Shown here: one piece after another, positions 29,344-40,000 of the stretch
Layout: every line of letters begins with the position of its first letter
Position numbering within the stretch: position 1 is the first letter of the stretch
Position numbers and translations under genes: made by a program
From: an uncultured Bacteroidales bacterium
GTDB lineage: Bacteria; Bacteroidota; Bacteroidia; Bacteroidales; CAYTAU01
Length of the DNA stretch: 64,000 nucleotides
Direction of reading: 5' to 3'
Assembly: GCA_964435855.1 (NCBI GenBank)
Contig: CAYTAU010000004.1
Location: forward strand, 15,297 to 79,296
Notes under the pieces: model-generated
What the model was told of the DNA's origin: nothing
The model's database searches: none
What the model saw: the letters and a program-made list of their open reading frames with translations, nothing else

Positions 29344-30351
29344 TCAATGCATGATTTTAAAAACTAATTCCTTTAATAATTCACCACCTTCTGTTGAGCT
29401 GTTTCCAACTCCAACAAGCTTCATGTTGTAGTCGCGCAATAAGGACATTATTTGAATAAGTTTTGAGGGAGAATAATTACGAGTTGCAATTTTAAAATCT
29501 TTAACAAAGTATGGATTAGTTTTTATTATGCTTGCAACAATCCTGTTATCAGACTTATTTTCTATCTGATGAAAAAGAATTAATTTTACAAAGTAAAGAT
29601 ATAGAACTGCCAATGTTACTATTGCAGGATTGTTTTTAGGATTTTTTATAAAATAATCAATTATTCTGTTTGCTTTAAATGTGTTTTTAATCCCAATGGC
29701 ATTCTGTAACTCAAAACTATTGAAATCCTTGCTAATTCCAATGTTTTTTTCAATGTGTTCCGGATTAATAGTAAATACATCTTTTGGCAATGTAATTATC
29801 AATTTTTCAATTTCATTTACTAATTTACTTAAGTCTGCCCCTAAGTATTCGGCAAGTAAAGAAGATGCTTTTGGTGAAATTCTTACATTTTTATTTTTCA
29901 AGTATTCGTCTATCCATTTTGTAATCTCATAATCTCGCAGTTTATTTGATTCAAAAACAACACCATTGTCTTTTACGTTTTTATAAAATTTTGTTCTTTT
30001 ATCAATTTTTTTATACTTATAGTTTAATACGAGAATTGTTGACTTTAAAGGATTTTTGGAATATTTTTCTAAACTTTCAAGTTTTTTCAAATTTTGAGCT
30101 TCTTTAACAATAATTACCTGATGATTTGCCATCATTGGAAACCTTAAAGCCATTTCAACAATTGTAGAATCTTTTGTTTCTTCTGTAGCATAAATTATAC
30201 TTTGATTAAAGCCTTTTTCTGACTCTGTAAGAATATTTTCTATAATATAATCGGTAATAATATCAATATTGTACGGTTCTTCACCCGATAATAAATAAAT
30301 AGGTTTATAGATTTTATTTGCTAGGTCTTTAATAATACTGTTATGATCCAT
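29344..30351 (-). CDS. holA: DNA polymerase III subunit delta
   Basis: N-terminal ...KPIYLLSGEEPYNIDIITDYI is typical of HolA. 335 aa, helical C-terminal domain. Confidence 0.85.
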   Translation of the reverse strand: MDHNSIIKDLANKIYKPIYLLSGEEPYNIDIITDYIIENILTESEKGFNQSIIYATEETKDSTIVEMALRFPMMANHQVIIVKEAQNLKKLESLEKYSKNPLKSTILVLNYKYKKIDKRTKFYKNVKDNGVVFESNKLRDYEITKWIDEYLKNKNVRISPKASSLLAEYLGADLSKLVNEIEKLIITLPKDVFTINPEHIEKNIGISKDFNSFELQNAIGIKNTFKANRIIDYFIKNPKNNPAIVTLAVLYLYFVKLILFHQIENKSDNRIVASIIKTNPYFVKDFKIATRNYSPSKLIQIMSLLRDYNMKLVGVGNSSTEGGELLKELVFKIMH

Positions 30352-30473
30352 TGCTTGTTGAAAAAATTAAATACACCAATATTTTTTTTATTCTAAAGGC
30401 AAACAAAATTAATAAGTTTATATTTGATTTTTTAAATTTATCATTATTATTATTGATAAATTTACGCTTTATT

Positions 30474-31223
30474 TTGACTTATAAGAATTTCACATATCAG
30501 GAAAAAGATATTAGAGGAGAAAAAACGCTTGATGTTATATCAAAAGCCGATAAATTTAATTTTTGGATGTTTAACACCATATTGCCTTATACAAAAGGTG
30601 AAATTTTAGAAATTGGAAGTGGTATTGGTAATATTTCTTTGTTTTTTCTTGAAAATGGAAGTAAAATTGCTTTAAGTGATATTAGAAATAATTATTGCCA
30701 AAATCTTGAAACGAATTTTAATAAATACAGTAATTTGAATTCTGTAATTCAGCTTGATATTGTTGATAAAGAATTTGATAAAAAATATTCTCAATATTTC
30801 AATAAATTTGATTCTGTATTTTCTCTAAATGTGATGGAGCACATTGAAAATGAGCAAGAGGCAATTACTAATTGTAAAAAATTATTAAAACATAATGGTG
30901 TACTAATAACACTGGTGCCTGCATATAAAACATTATATTGTAAATTTGATGAAGAGCTTAAGCATTTTAGAAGGTATACAAAAAAGAGTTTGAAAAATGT
31001 GCTAATAAAAGAGGGTTTTGCAATTACTCGTTCTTTTTATTTTAACACAATTGGTATTATTGGCTGGTTTATTTCGGGTAAAATTTTAAGAAAAAAAACA
31101 ATTCCTGAAAATCAGATGAAATTTTACAATAAATTAGTACCTTTATTCAAAATCATTGATAAACTTTTGTTTAATAGTATGGGTTTAAGTGTGATTTGCA
31201 TTGCAAAACCAAATAAAAATTAA
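30474..31223 (+). CDS. class I SAM-dependent methyltransferase
   Basis: Motif I ILEIGSGIGNIS, an acidic loop ALSDI and VFSLNVMEHIENE. The ORF is open from 30351, but the first about 40 codons read like AT-rich promoter sequence. The first ATG would leave only 13 residues before motif I, so a TTG start at 30474 is my best guess. Confidence 0.8.
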   Translation: MTYKNFTYQEKDIRGEKTLDVISKADKFNFWMFNTILPYTKGEILEIGSGIGNISLFFLENGSKIALSDIRNNYCQNLETNFNKYSNLNSVIQLDIVDKEFDKKYSQYFNKFDSVFSLNVMEHIENEQEAITNCKKLLKHNGVLITLVPAYKTLYCKFDEELKHFRRYTKKSLKNVLIKEGFAITRSFYFNTIGIIGWFISGKILRKKTIPENQMKFYNKLVPLFKIIDKLLFNSMGLSVICIAKPNKN

Positions 31224-31227
31224 GATT

Positions 31228-31950
31228 TTGGAAAATTTTAAAAAATTATCAATTATAATTCCTGTGTTTAATGAAGAAGCAACAATAGTTGAGATATTAA
31301 AACTTGTTTTAAATGTTAAATTGATAAATGATATTAAAAAAGAAATTATAATAATAGATGATTTTTCTACTGACGATACTGCTTTTTTGGTAAAAAACTT
31401 TAAAAAAGAAAATCCCGATTATGACATAAATTTAATTCAGCAATCAAAAAATCAGGGAAAAGGAGCTGCAATTCATACAGGAATTAAAGAAGCAACAGGC
31501 GAACTAATTATTATACAAGACGCAGATCTTGAATACGATCCCGAGGAATACAATATATTGTTAAATCCTTTTGTTAAAGGTTTTGCTGATGTTGTGTACG
31601 GCTCAAGGTTTGCAGGAGGAGAAGCACATAGAATACTTTTTTATTGGCACTCAATTGGGAATAAATTACTGACAAAAATGTCTAATATGTTTACAAATCT
31701 TAATTTAACGGATATGGAAACATGCTACAAACTTTTCAGATCGGATATTATTAAAAATATAAAGCTAAAGGAAAAGCGATTTGGCTTTGAACCTGAAGTA
31801 ACTGCTAAAATTTCTAAAATAAAAAATATTAGAATATATGAAGTTGGCATTTCGTACTATGGCAGAACATATAAAGAAGGTAAAAAAATAAAAATGATAG
31901 ATGGGTTTAGAGCCTTTTGGTGTATTATTAAATATAATTTGTTTGCTTAA
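31228..31950 (+). CDS. family 2 glycosyltransferase (polyprenol-phosphate sugar transferase-like)
   Basis: LSIIIPVFNEE, IIIDDFSTDDT and IIQDADLEYDPEEY (DXD). The ORF is open from TTG 31201, overlapping the methyltransferase stop. TTG 31228 sits just after that stop. No ATG is available. Confidence 0.85.
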   Translation: MENFKKLSIIIPVFNEEATIVEILKLVLNVKLINDIKKEIIIIDDFSTDDTAFLVKNFKKENPDYDINLIQQSKNQGKGAAIHTGIKEATGELIIIQDADLEYDPEEYNILLNPFVKGFADVVYGSRFAGGEAHRILFYWHSIGNKLLTKMSNMFTNLNLTDMETCYKLFRSDIIKNIKLKEKRFGFEPEVTAKISKIKNIRIYEVGISYYGRTYKEGKKIKMIDGFRAFWCIIKYNLFA

Positions 31951-31952
31951 AA

Positions 31953-33908
31953 TTATTGCTTAACAACCTTCTTGCTTATTTTTCCATAACCGGTAATTAT
32001 TTCAACACAATAACTTCCCGCTTTCATGTTTGATAAGTCAATAACAATATTTTGTGTAAAATCTGTTATGGATACTTCTTTTATTAATTTCCCGTTAATA
32101 TCAATTATGTTTATTTTGTTAATATTGAGGTTTTTTGGTGCATGAATTATTAACTCATCTTTAACAGGGTTAGGATAAATTATTAATTTTTCATCATCTT
32201 TTTCAATTGTTTTAATATGTTCAATTAAAGGGTTTTTAGTAATAATCCACATTTCAGGATCAAATACAATTGAATCTACCATAAAAGGAGCTTTAAAGCT
32301 GAAGTTTTCTCCCGAAGAATTGTGCATGAACTTGATAATAGTATCAACAGAATTGCCCCAAAATTGCAGAGGAACATGCATCTCAAAAAATGAAACAGAA
32401 GTATGAGATTGAGTTTGTTCTATTGTAAGGTTTACAATACTATCAGAGTTTTGGCTCCACAAAATTGAATAATAAGGAAATCCTTCGCTATAAAACCAAT
32501 CGTTAAAAAATTCTGTAAGATTTGTATCGCCAACTGTTTCAAAATGATATATCAGGTCATTTGTTCTTGCAAAATTATTGCTTAATAGAGTATCGTTTAA
32601 ATAGTTTTTTACAGATTCGAAAAATAATGAATCGCCAAGTTCCCATCTCAACATGTGTAATACGTATGCCCCTTTTGAATAAGATAATCTGCTGCTAAAA
32701 ATTCTTTCAACACTTGTTGTGTCCTCACAAAATACCGAACCATCAGGCTCATCTGTTATTTTATCAAGTAAGTCAATTTTCCAGTAGGGCCAATAATAGC
32801 CATTTAAAAGATGTTCGTAGCTAAGACCGTTGCAATATGTAGCAAAACCTTCGTTAAGCCATATATCTTGCCAACTGCCACAGGTTATATAATCGCCAAA
32901 CCATTGATGAGCAACTTCATGAGCTACAAGATGAAAACCGAAATTGTACATAAAACTCATTGTTTGATGTTCCATTCCACCCATCCATGAAAATTGTGCA
33001 TGCCCATATCTTTCTTCTTTAAATGGGTATTCAATAAACAGGTTATTATACAATTGAATTATATCAATAATATCCTTTTTTGTAGATAGTGTTGCCGAGT
33101 CTTCAGGATAAACATAGTTTAGCACCTCGAGAGAGTCGTTAGCAGAAAAAGGAACATAATCAGAATAAACAGCATAATTGGTAACGGCAAAAGCAATGAG
33201 ATATGCAGTAATTGGATATTTGTGTTTCCAATGATAACTTGTATATCCTGCATTTAAAGTTTCCGAAATTAACAATCCATTTGATGCAACCCTGTATTCG
33301 GAAGGAGTAGTAACAATTACGTCAATTGAATCAATTTTATCATTCAGATCTTGCTTGCAAGGCCACCATTCTTTAGCGCTGTATGGTTGCGATAATGTCC
33401 ATATAATTGGTACAGGATTAATTGTGTCGTGCATTGCTTGTCCAAATGCCCTGTTGCCATCATATCTGGGAATACCATGATAATAAACACATACAGAATC
33501 AAAATCGTTTAAATTTAAGCTAACAGGAAGGTCAATAGTGAGAATATCGTTATTTGTATTATAAAAAACGGTATTGTTATTATAAATTACAGAGTCAACA
33601 AATAATGTATCTGAAAAATCAAAAGTTATTTGAGAAACACCATTTTGATTAACAAGAAAATATGTGCTTATTGAACCTGAAATAAAACGAACATTTGGAT
33701 CTACATTAATATTTAAGCAGTGATATTTAATATCGTAATTATCTCCAACACTGTTTAATTGTTTATAATTTAATGTATGTTTATAAGTTTTTTGTTTAGA
33801 TAAAGCAATCTGCTCAATAATATCTGCGGGGAATTTCGTTTGAGCATTAATATTAAAATTACATAATAAATATAATACAGGTAAAACTAATAATTGCAGG
33901 AATTTCAT
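31953..33908 (-). CDS. M1-family zinc aminopeptidase with T9SS C-terminal sorting domain
   Basis: GGMEHQTM, HEVAHQWFGD and WLNEGFATY (HEXXH-18-E). Signal peptide present. C-terminal tail IIYPNPVKDELIIH...GSYCVEIITGYGKISKKVVKQ. Confidence 0.9.
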   Translation of the reverse strand: MKFLQLLVLPVLYLLCNFNINAQTKFPADIIEQIALSKQKTYKHTLNYKQLNSVGDNYDIKYHCLNINVDPNVRFISGSISTYFLVNQNGVSQITFDFSDTLFVDSVIYNNNTVFYNTNNDILTIDLPVSLNLNDFDSVCVYYHGIPRYDGNRAFGQAMHDTINPVPIIWTLSQPYSAKEWWPCKQDLNDKIDSIDVIVTTPSEYRVASNGLLISETLNAGYTSYHWKHKYPITAYLIAFAVTNYAVYSDYVPFSANDSLEVLNYVYPEDSATLSTKKDIIDIIQLYNNLFIEYPFKEERYGHAQFSWMGGMEHQTMSFMYNFGFHLVAHEVAHQWFGDYITCGSWQDIWLNEGFATYCNGLSYEHLLNGYYWPYWKIDLLDKITDEPDGSVFCEDTTSVERIFSSRLSYSKGAYVLHMLRWELGDSLFFESVKNYLNDTLLSNNFARTNDLIYHFETVGDTNLTEFFNDWFYSEGFPYYSILWSQNSDSIVNLTIEQTQSHTSVSFFEMHVPLQFWGNSVDTIIKFMHNSSGENFSFKAPFMVDSIVFDPEMWIITKNPLIEHIKTIEKDDEKLIIYPNPVKDELIIHAPKNLNINKINIIDINGKLIKEVSITDFTQNIVIDLSNMKAGSYCVEIITGYGKISKKVVKQ

Positions 33909-33989
33909 ACTTGGTCAAGATTTTAATTAATTTTGCAACATAAATTTTATTTTTGTAAAAATACGAAAAAATCTTTTTATAATATATTA

Positions 33990-34418
33990 ATGAATAAAAT
34001 TGATTCAAGAATTATTAATTTCATAAAAGAACACCATGTATTAACAATTGCTACTAGTATTAAAAATGTGCCTTATTGTGCAAATTGTTTTTATGTTTAT
34101 CTTGAAAAAGAAAATGTGTTTATCTTTACTTCAGATATTGACACAAAACATGCGCAAGATTTTTTTAAAAACAAAAATGTAGCAGGTTCAATTGTGTTAG
34201 AAACTAAAACTATTGGTAAAATTCAAGGTATTCAGTTTAATGGTATAATATCAAAATTAGAAAATGAAAAATTAAAAATTGTTAGAAAAGCATACATAAA
34301 ACGATTCCCTTATGTTGTTTTGATGAAAACAACTCTTTGGTCCGTTAATATTAATTTTTTGAAAATGACACATAATAAGTTGGGTTTTGGGAAAAAACTA
34401 ATCTGGAATGGAAAGTAA
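33990..34418 (+). CDS. pyridoxamine 5'-phosphate oxidase-like FMN-binding family protein (YhbP-like)
   Basis: IINFIKEHHVLTIATSIKNVPYCANCFYVY...FIFTSD..TKH resembles the split-barrel YhbP/PNPOx-like family. I start it at ATG 33990 rather than the track start 33933. Confidence 0.65.
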   Translation: MNKIDSRIINFIKEHHVLTIATSIKNVPYCANCFYVYLEKENVFIFTSDIDTKHAQDFFKNKNVAGSIVLETKTIGKIQGIQFNGIISKLENEKLKIVRKAYIKRFPYVVLMKTTLWSVNINFLKMTHNKLGFGKKLIWNGK

Positions 34419-36156
34419 ATATAAAAACCAAATTGTAAAAATTGGCAATGTTAAAATTGGGAGAGATAATCCTGTTCTTATTCAATCAATGACCAATACA
34501 AACACAATTGATACAATTGAAACTGTTGAGCAAATAATTAGAATTGTTGATGCAGGAGCTAATATTGTCAGGATATCAACACCTACAATAAAAGATGCTG
34601 AAAATTTAAAAGACATTAAGGAACATCTTTTACAAAAAGGGTATAATATTCCTTTAGTGGCAGATATTCATTTTAATCCTAAAATTGCTAAAATTGCTGC
34701 AAAAATAGTTGATAAAATTAGAATTAATCCGGGAAATTTTGTTGATAAGAAAAAAGAATATACAACAGAGTTTTTACCTCCTCAATATCAGGAAGAGTTG
34801 GAAAAAATCAAAAAACAATTTATTCCCTTATTGCAAATTTGTAAACAACATAATACGGCTATCAGAATTGGTGTAAATCACGGTTCATTGTCGGAAAGAA
34901 TAATAAACAAATATGGCGATACACCTGTTGGGATGGTTGAATCGGCAATGGAATATATTCAGATTTGTAAAGATGAGGATTTCCACAACATTGTTCTTTC
35001 GCTAAAATCGAGCAATACTCGTGTAATGGTTTATGCAAACCGTTTGCTGTTTGAGAAAATGAAGCAAACAGGCATTGTTTATCCGCTTCATATTGGGGTA
35101 ACCGAGGCAGGTTTTGGCGAAGATGGCCGATTAAAATCAGCAGTGGGTATTGGAGCATTATTGTCCGATGGGATTGGTAATACTATTAGGGTTTCTTTAA
35201 CAGAAGCGCCAGAGAATGAGATTCCTGTTGCCGAACTAATTCTTGAATATTCAGATAATTATAAATCAAGCGATACTAAAAAAAGTGCTACGGAATTTAT
35301 TAAAAGAAAAACCAATAGTGTTGGTAAAATTGGAGGCAATAATAAGTTTTCGGTAATTACAAAATCGCGTTCCGAGCTTGTTCCTAATAACCATTCTACT
35401 GATGATTTTGTTTATTTAGATACAAATACTGATGATTTATATCCGATGTTCGATTTTAATGATTTTTTATTGGCTTCAGTCAAATCAGATATCCTGAATT
35501 TTGTGGACATATGGGTAAGTAAATTTTCGCAAAAACATATCGACACATTAAAAGAGCTGAATAATGTTGCATTGATTTTATCGAGCTATGGCTATGATGA
35601 CATTAATGATTATTATAACAGTTTTGAGCTAATTGAGCAGAATAATTTGCAAACGCCTGTAGTAATTAAGAGAACATACTTTGAAGAGCAGATTGAGAAT
35701 TTGCAAATTGATTGTGCTGCGGAACTGGGCGGACTGCTGATTGATGGATATGGCGAAGGTTTGTGGCTGGAAACCGAAGAGGATTTTCCTCAAAGCAAAA
35801 TAAATAAATTGGCTTACGGATTGCTGCAAGCCAGCAGAGTTAGGTTTTCGAAACCCGAGTATATTTCGTGTCCTACATGCAGTAGAACGCTGTTTGATAT
35901 TGAAAAAATATGCAAAGAAATTAAAGAAAGAACCAGTAATATTAAAAATATTAAGATTGGCATAATGGGCTGCATTGTAAATGGTCCCGGAGAAATGGCT
36001 GATGCCGATTATGGATATGTAGGTTCGGGAATAGGTAAAATTTCTTTATACAAAGGTAAAGAAGTAATTAAAAAAAATATTCCCGAAAATAATGCAATTA
36101 ATGAACTTATTGAGCTTATAAAAGCAAATGGTGATTGGAAAACTACGGAGAATTAA
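34408..36156 (+). CDS. ispG: 4-hydroxy-3-methylbut-2-en-1-yl diphosphate synthase (long, insert-containing form)
   Basis: IGNVKIGRDNPVLIQSMTNT, VRISTPT, IPLVADIHF, RINPGN, CPTCSRT and GCIVNGPGEMADADYGYVG. A large insertion between the TIM barrel and the 4Fe-4S domain gives 582 aa. Confidence 0.95.
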   Translation: MESKYKNQIVKIGNVKIGRDNPVLIQSMTNTNTIDTIETVEQIIRIVDAGANIVRISTPTIKDAENLKDIKEHLLQKGYNIPLVADIHFNPKIAKIAAKIVDKIRINPGNFVDKKKEYTTEFLPPQYQEELEKIKKQFIPLLQICKQHNTAIRIGVNHGSLSERIINKYGDTPVGMVESAMEYIQICKDEDFHNIVLSLKSSNTRVMVYANRLLFEKMKQTGIVYPLHIGVTEAGFGEDGRLKSAVGIGALLSDGIGNTIRVSLTEAPENEIPVAELILEYSDNYKSSDTKKSATEFIKRKTNSVGKIGGNNKFSVITKSRSELVPNNHSTDDFVYLDTNTDDLYPMFDFNDFLLASVKSDILNFVDIWVSKFSQKHIDTLKELNNVALILSSYGYDDINDYYNSFELIEQNNLQTPVVIKRTYFEEQIENLQIDCAAELGGLLIDGYGEGLWLETEEDFPQSKINKLAYGLLQASRVRFSKPEYISCPTCSRTLFDIEKICKEIKERTSNIKNIKIGIMGCIVNGPGEMADADYGYVGSGIGKISLYKGKEVIKKNIPENNAINELIELIKANGDWKTTEN

Positions 36157-36368
36157 TCAAACTGACATAATAATTTTTACAGAGGAAATATTTATAAATA
36201 ATTTCATAGCTTTTCTAAAAACTATATTTATCTCTTAATTGCCTGAAAGGTTGTTTTTTACAGTCAGGGCAAGCTATATTTACTTATAATCAACACATAA
36301 ATGTTAATATCAACAATCTAATTTCTTGATAAAATCGACTTTATTTATTAATTTTACAATATATTTTA

Positions 36369-36397
36369 GGCAACCTTTATTTATTTTTTACGTCTAA
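36369..36397 (+). promoter_or_regulatory. candidate ECF-type promoter (GGCAACC-N15-CGTCTAA) within a conserved 17-mer
   Basis: The 17-mer TTTTAGGCAACCTTTAT (36364-36380) is identical to 45794-45810. GTCTAA lies 11 nt downstream here (12 nt at the other locus). No TAnnTTTG box lies between it and the ATG at 36430. Confidence 0.4.
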
Positions 36398-36429
36398 ACA
36401 GTAAATATTAAAACTTAAAACATACAATT

Positions 36430-37086
36430 ATGAAAAAAATGTTATTAAAGCAGTTTGTTACAATAGTTTTGTTATTGTTAACCTTTGTTAGTTTTTCACA
36501 AGTTTCAAACACAATATTAAGCTTTGAATTAAAAGATAATAGTCTATTTAGTAGGGATGCGGCCAATAATTTGCATTGTGCTTTTATTATAAAAAATTTA
36601 GATGAAAGTCAATTGACAGAGTTTATTACAGCTTTCACTCAAAGTACCGGTGTTTTAAAATTCAATACAACAGAAAATGAAAATTCTGAAATTCAGGCAG
36701 ATGCTACATTTGAAAAAGCAGACATTAACTATTTTTATAATCTTTTTAAAGATAATGGAGTTTCTGCCATAGAAGTAAATGGCAAAACAACAAAAATACA
36801 ATATATGGAGTATAAAACAGATCCATTACCTTCTTCCGCTATTTCTAAAAATACTTTAGACAAATTATCTTCTCCAGTTGTTTTTCAAAATGCTTCAGAC
36901 CCAAATTCATTAGATTATTATGATAAGCGAATTGCTGATGCAGAATATAAAATATTATGGGTACAGCACGATAAGAAAGAAATTAATAAGGCAATTAAAA
37001 GCGGTTGGTTCGAAAATGCTGATAAAACACTTATGCAACTAAAAACTGATAAAGAAAAATTTATTAAAAATTATGAAAAAAAATAA
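36430..37086 (+). CDS. hypothetical secreted protein (coupled to the downstream adhesin gene)
   Basis: Signal peptide MKKMLLKQFVTIVLLLLTFVSFSQ. 218 aa with no recognised motif. The stop overlaps, or lies 4 nt before, the start of the next gene. Confidence 0.6.
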   Translation: MKKMLLKQFVTIVLLLLTFVSFSQVSNTILSFELKDNSLFSRDAANNLHCAFIIKNLDESQLTEFITAFTQSTGVLKFNTTENENSEIQADATFEKADINYFYNLFKDNGVSAIEVNGKTTKIQYMEYKTDPLPSSAISKNTLDKLSSPVVFQNASDPNSLDYYDKRIADAEYKILWVQHDKKEINKAIKSGWFENADKTLMQLKTDKEKFIKNYEKK

Positions 37087-40000
37087 AACTATGAAACGTT
37101 TATTTTTAATTATTTTATTATTCGGATTATTTTTTCAAAATATTTATGCACAACAACCATTTTGTGCAGATGCGGAACCATTTTGCACAGGAACAGTTTA
37201 TAACTATCCTTTAGCAACCGGAACATCTTCAGAAACAGGACCAGACTATGGTTGTTTGTTAACACAACCAAATCCGGTTTGGTATTTCCTTCAAATTTCT
37301 GTTGCCGGAGATATTAACATTCATATGGAATCTACACCGGGTTCATATGATATTGATTTTATATGTTGGGGACCATTTACTACTGCAACAGGTGCATGTA
37401 CAGCAGGATTAACAGCTGGTAACACTGTAGATTGTAGCTATAGCACAGCGTCTGTGGAAGATTGTTATATTCCAAATGCCCAAGTTGGTGAATTTTATAT
37501 GTTTCTTTTAACAAATTATTCTAATAGTACAACTGATGTGGAGTTTTCATCTGGAACAAGTACCGGCGAAACCGATTGCAGTATTGTTGTTCCTTGTACA
37601 ATGACAAATATTACAGTAAATGTAGGTCTATGTGATCCTGCTACAAACACTTATGATATTACAGGCACGATTGTATATATTGATCCACCTGCAACAGGAA
37701 GTTTAATTATTGAGGATGACGCAGGTTTTAGTGATTCTTTTTTACCTACTCCAAACTTTTTTAGTCCTACTAATTTTAGTATAACAGGTATTCCCGCAGA
37801 TGGTCTTACACATACCCTATATGCTTATTTTACTGATGATGGTTGTAATTATACTATAACATATACTGCTCCGGTGTCCTGTACATGTGTAACTCCCCCC
37901 GGTACTATAACTGTATCTACACCTGATTGTCATGATTCTCCGGTAACATTTACATATGTTCCAGGTACTGTTGATCCCGGAGCTACCTATGCATGGAATT
38001 TTGGTGCAGGAGCTACTCCTGCTACAGCAAATACTGTTGGACCTCATGTAGTAACATATTCAACTCCTGGCACTACTCCAAATATTAGTTTAACAGTAAC
38101 TGATCCCGGTGTTTGTGCTCCTGATGTTATTAACACTTCTGTTACAATTCCAACTGAAATTACGGTTACAAACTCAAGTTCTACACCAGAAGTATGTGGA
38201 GCATTGGATGGTGCAATATCTGTTACAGCAGCAGGAGGAACAGGAGCTTTAAGTTATAATATTGGCTCAGGTGGACAAGCAACAGGTAATTTTACAAATC
38301 TTCCTGCCGGTCCATATACCATTACAATTACTGATGCCAATGGCTGTACTATTACAGAATTAGTAACAGTAGGTACAAGTGGTACTGTTACTTCAGGTTT
38401 TACTGCAAGTGCAGACCAGTGTTTAACAGGTAATTCATTTGACTTTACTAATACAGGAGATACTGGTGGCGGAATTACATGGACATGGTCATTTCCTGGT
38501 GGAACACCAGCATTTTCAGCAAATGAAAATCCAACAGGAATAACATGGACTATTCCCGGACAATACGATGTAACACAAACAACACATCTTGGAGGTTGTA
38601 ATACTACTACTACAATAACAATTGAAGTGTTTGCAGAACCTATTCCAACATTAAGTTCTACAAATGTTACCTGTAATGGGGCATGTGACGGAACAGCAAG
38701 TGTAGATTTAGTTTATACCGATTATTCATGGGATAATGGTGCTAACACACAATTAATAACAAATTTATGCGATGGACAATATTGTGTTACTGTTACCGAT
38801 GTTAATGGATGTACCGGAACAGCTTGTGTTACAATAATCCAAACATCAGGAATTACCATAAATTCTGAAACAGCAAGTGATGTTACTTGTTTTGGTGATA
38901 ATGATGGTTCTGTAGTTGTAAGTGCAACGGGAGGTACTCCTCCTTTAACTTATACTGATGGAACAAGCTCAAATCAAACAGGAAGTTTTCTCGGACTTGG
39001 TGGTGGTACTTATATTGTTACTATAACTGATGGAAATGGATGTACAACAACAAGCAGTGCATTAGTTGTTATTGAACCTGCTGCTATTGTAATTGATTCT
39101 CAATCGTCAACTGATGTTTCGTGTTATGGCTATAATGATGGTAGTATTACAGTTACAGCGTCAGGAGGTGCAGGAGGATTGACTTATTCAATTGATGGTA
39201 ATCAGCAATCAGCAGGAGATTTTACAAATTTATCTGCCAATATTTATACTGTTACAGTTACAGACATTAATGCTTGTACAAATACGGCAGGATTTACAAT
39301 AACAGAACCTGCTGAAATTATTATATCCATTACATCGGGTCAAATTGTATGTAATGGACAAACAGCAAATATTAATGTTACAATAGTTGGTGGAAACCAA
39401 CCATATACATATCATTGGAGTCATGATGCATCTATAAATTCATCTTCTATTTTTGTAGCTCCTACAACAGAAACGGTATATAGTGTGTATGTTATGGATG
39501 CAAATGGTTGTGCTACTTCAACTGTAACTTCAACAGTTAGTGTTTCTCCACCGGTTCAATTGGACCTTAATACACAAAATGATTCTGTTTGTCCCGGAGA
39601 ACCTGCTGTTATTACAATTACACCATCTTCAGGAATAGGACCTCCATACTTAACTTATGTTAATGGAAATGTACAAGATTCTCCTTTTACTGTATATCCA
39701 TCAGAAGCAACAACATATATCGTTACCGCAATGGATGCATGTGGCTCGGTTGCAACGGAATCTATTACAATTAACGTTTACGAACTTCCTCCTATTAGTT
39801 TTGCTCCCAATATTTCTAGTGGATGTCAGCCATTAGAAGTTCATTTTGTTGAGACCAGTCCTGATGAAGGACAAACATTTGTTTGGAATTTTGGAGATAT
39901 TGATAACAATAATCTTGCTTACGACAAATCTCCTGTACATACTTATGATGATCCGGGTATTTATGATGTTACATTAACAGTTACTTCAGTAGATGGATGT

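Noticed and set aside
36239-36272. Hairpin TTGCCTGA...TCAGGGCAA after ispG as a terminator
   Set aside because: It has a bulged stem with a 17-nt loop and no T tract on either strand. This is too weak to annotate.
36369-36385. Reading GGCAAC of the shared 17-mer as a sigma-54 -24 element, given that a sigma54 activator is encoded nearby
   Set aside because: No GC dinucleotide or TTGC at the -12 position (10-11 nt downstream of GG) in either copy. The ECF-like reading fits better.
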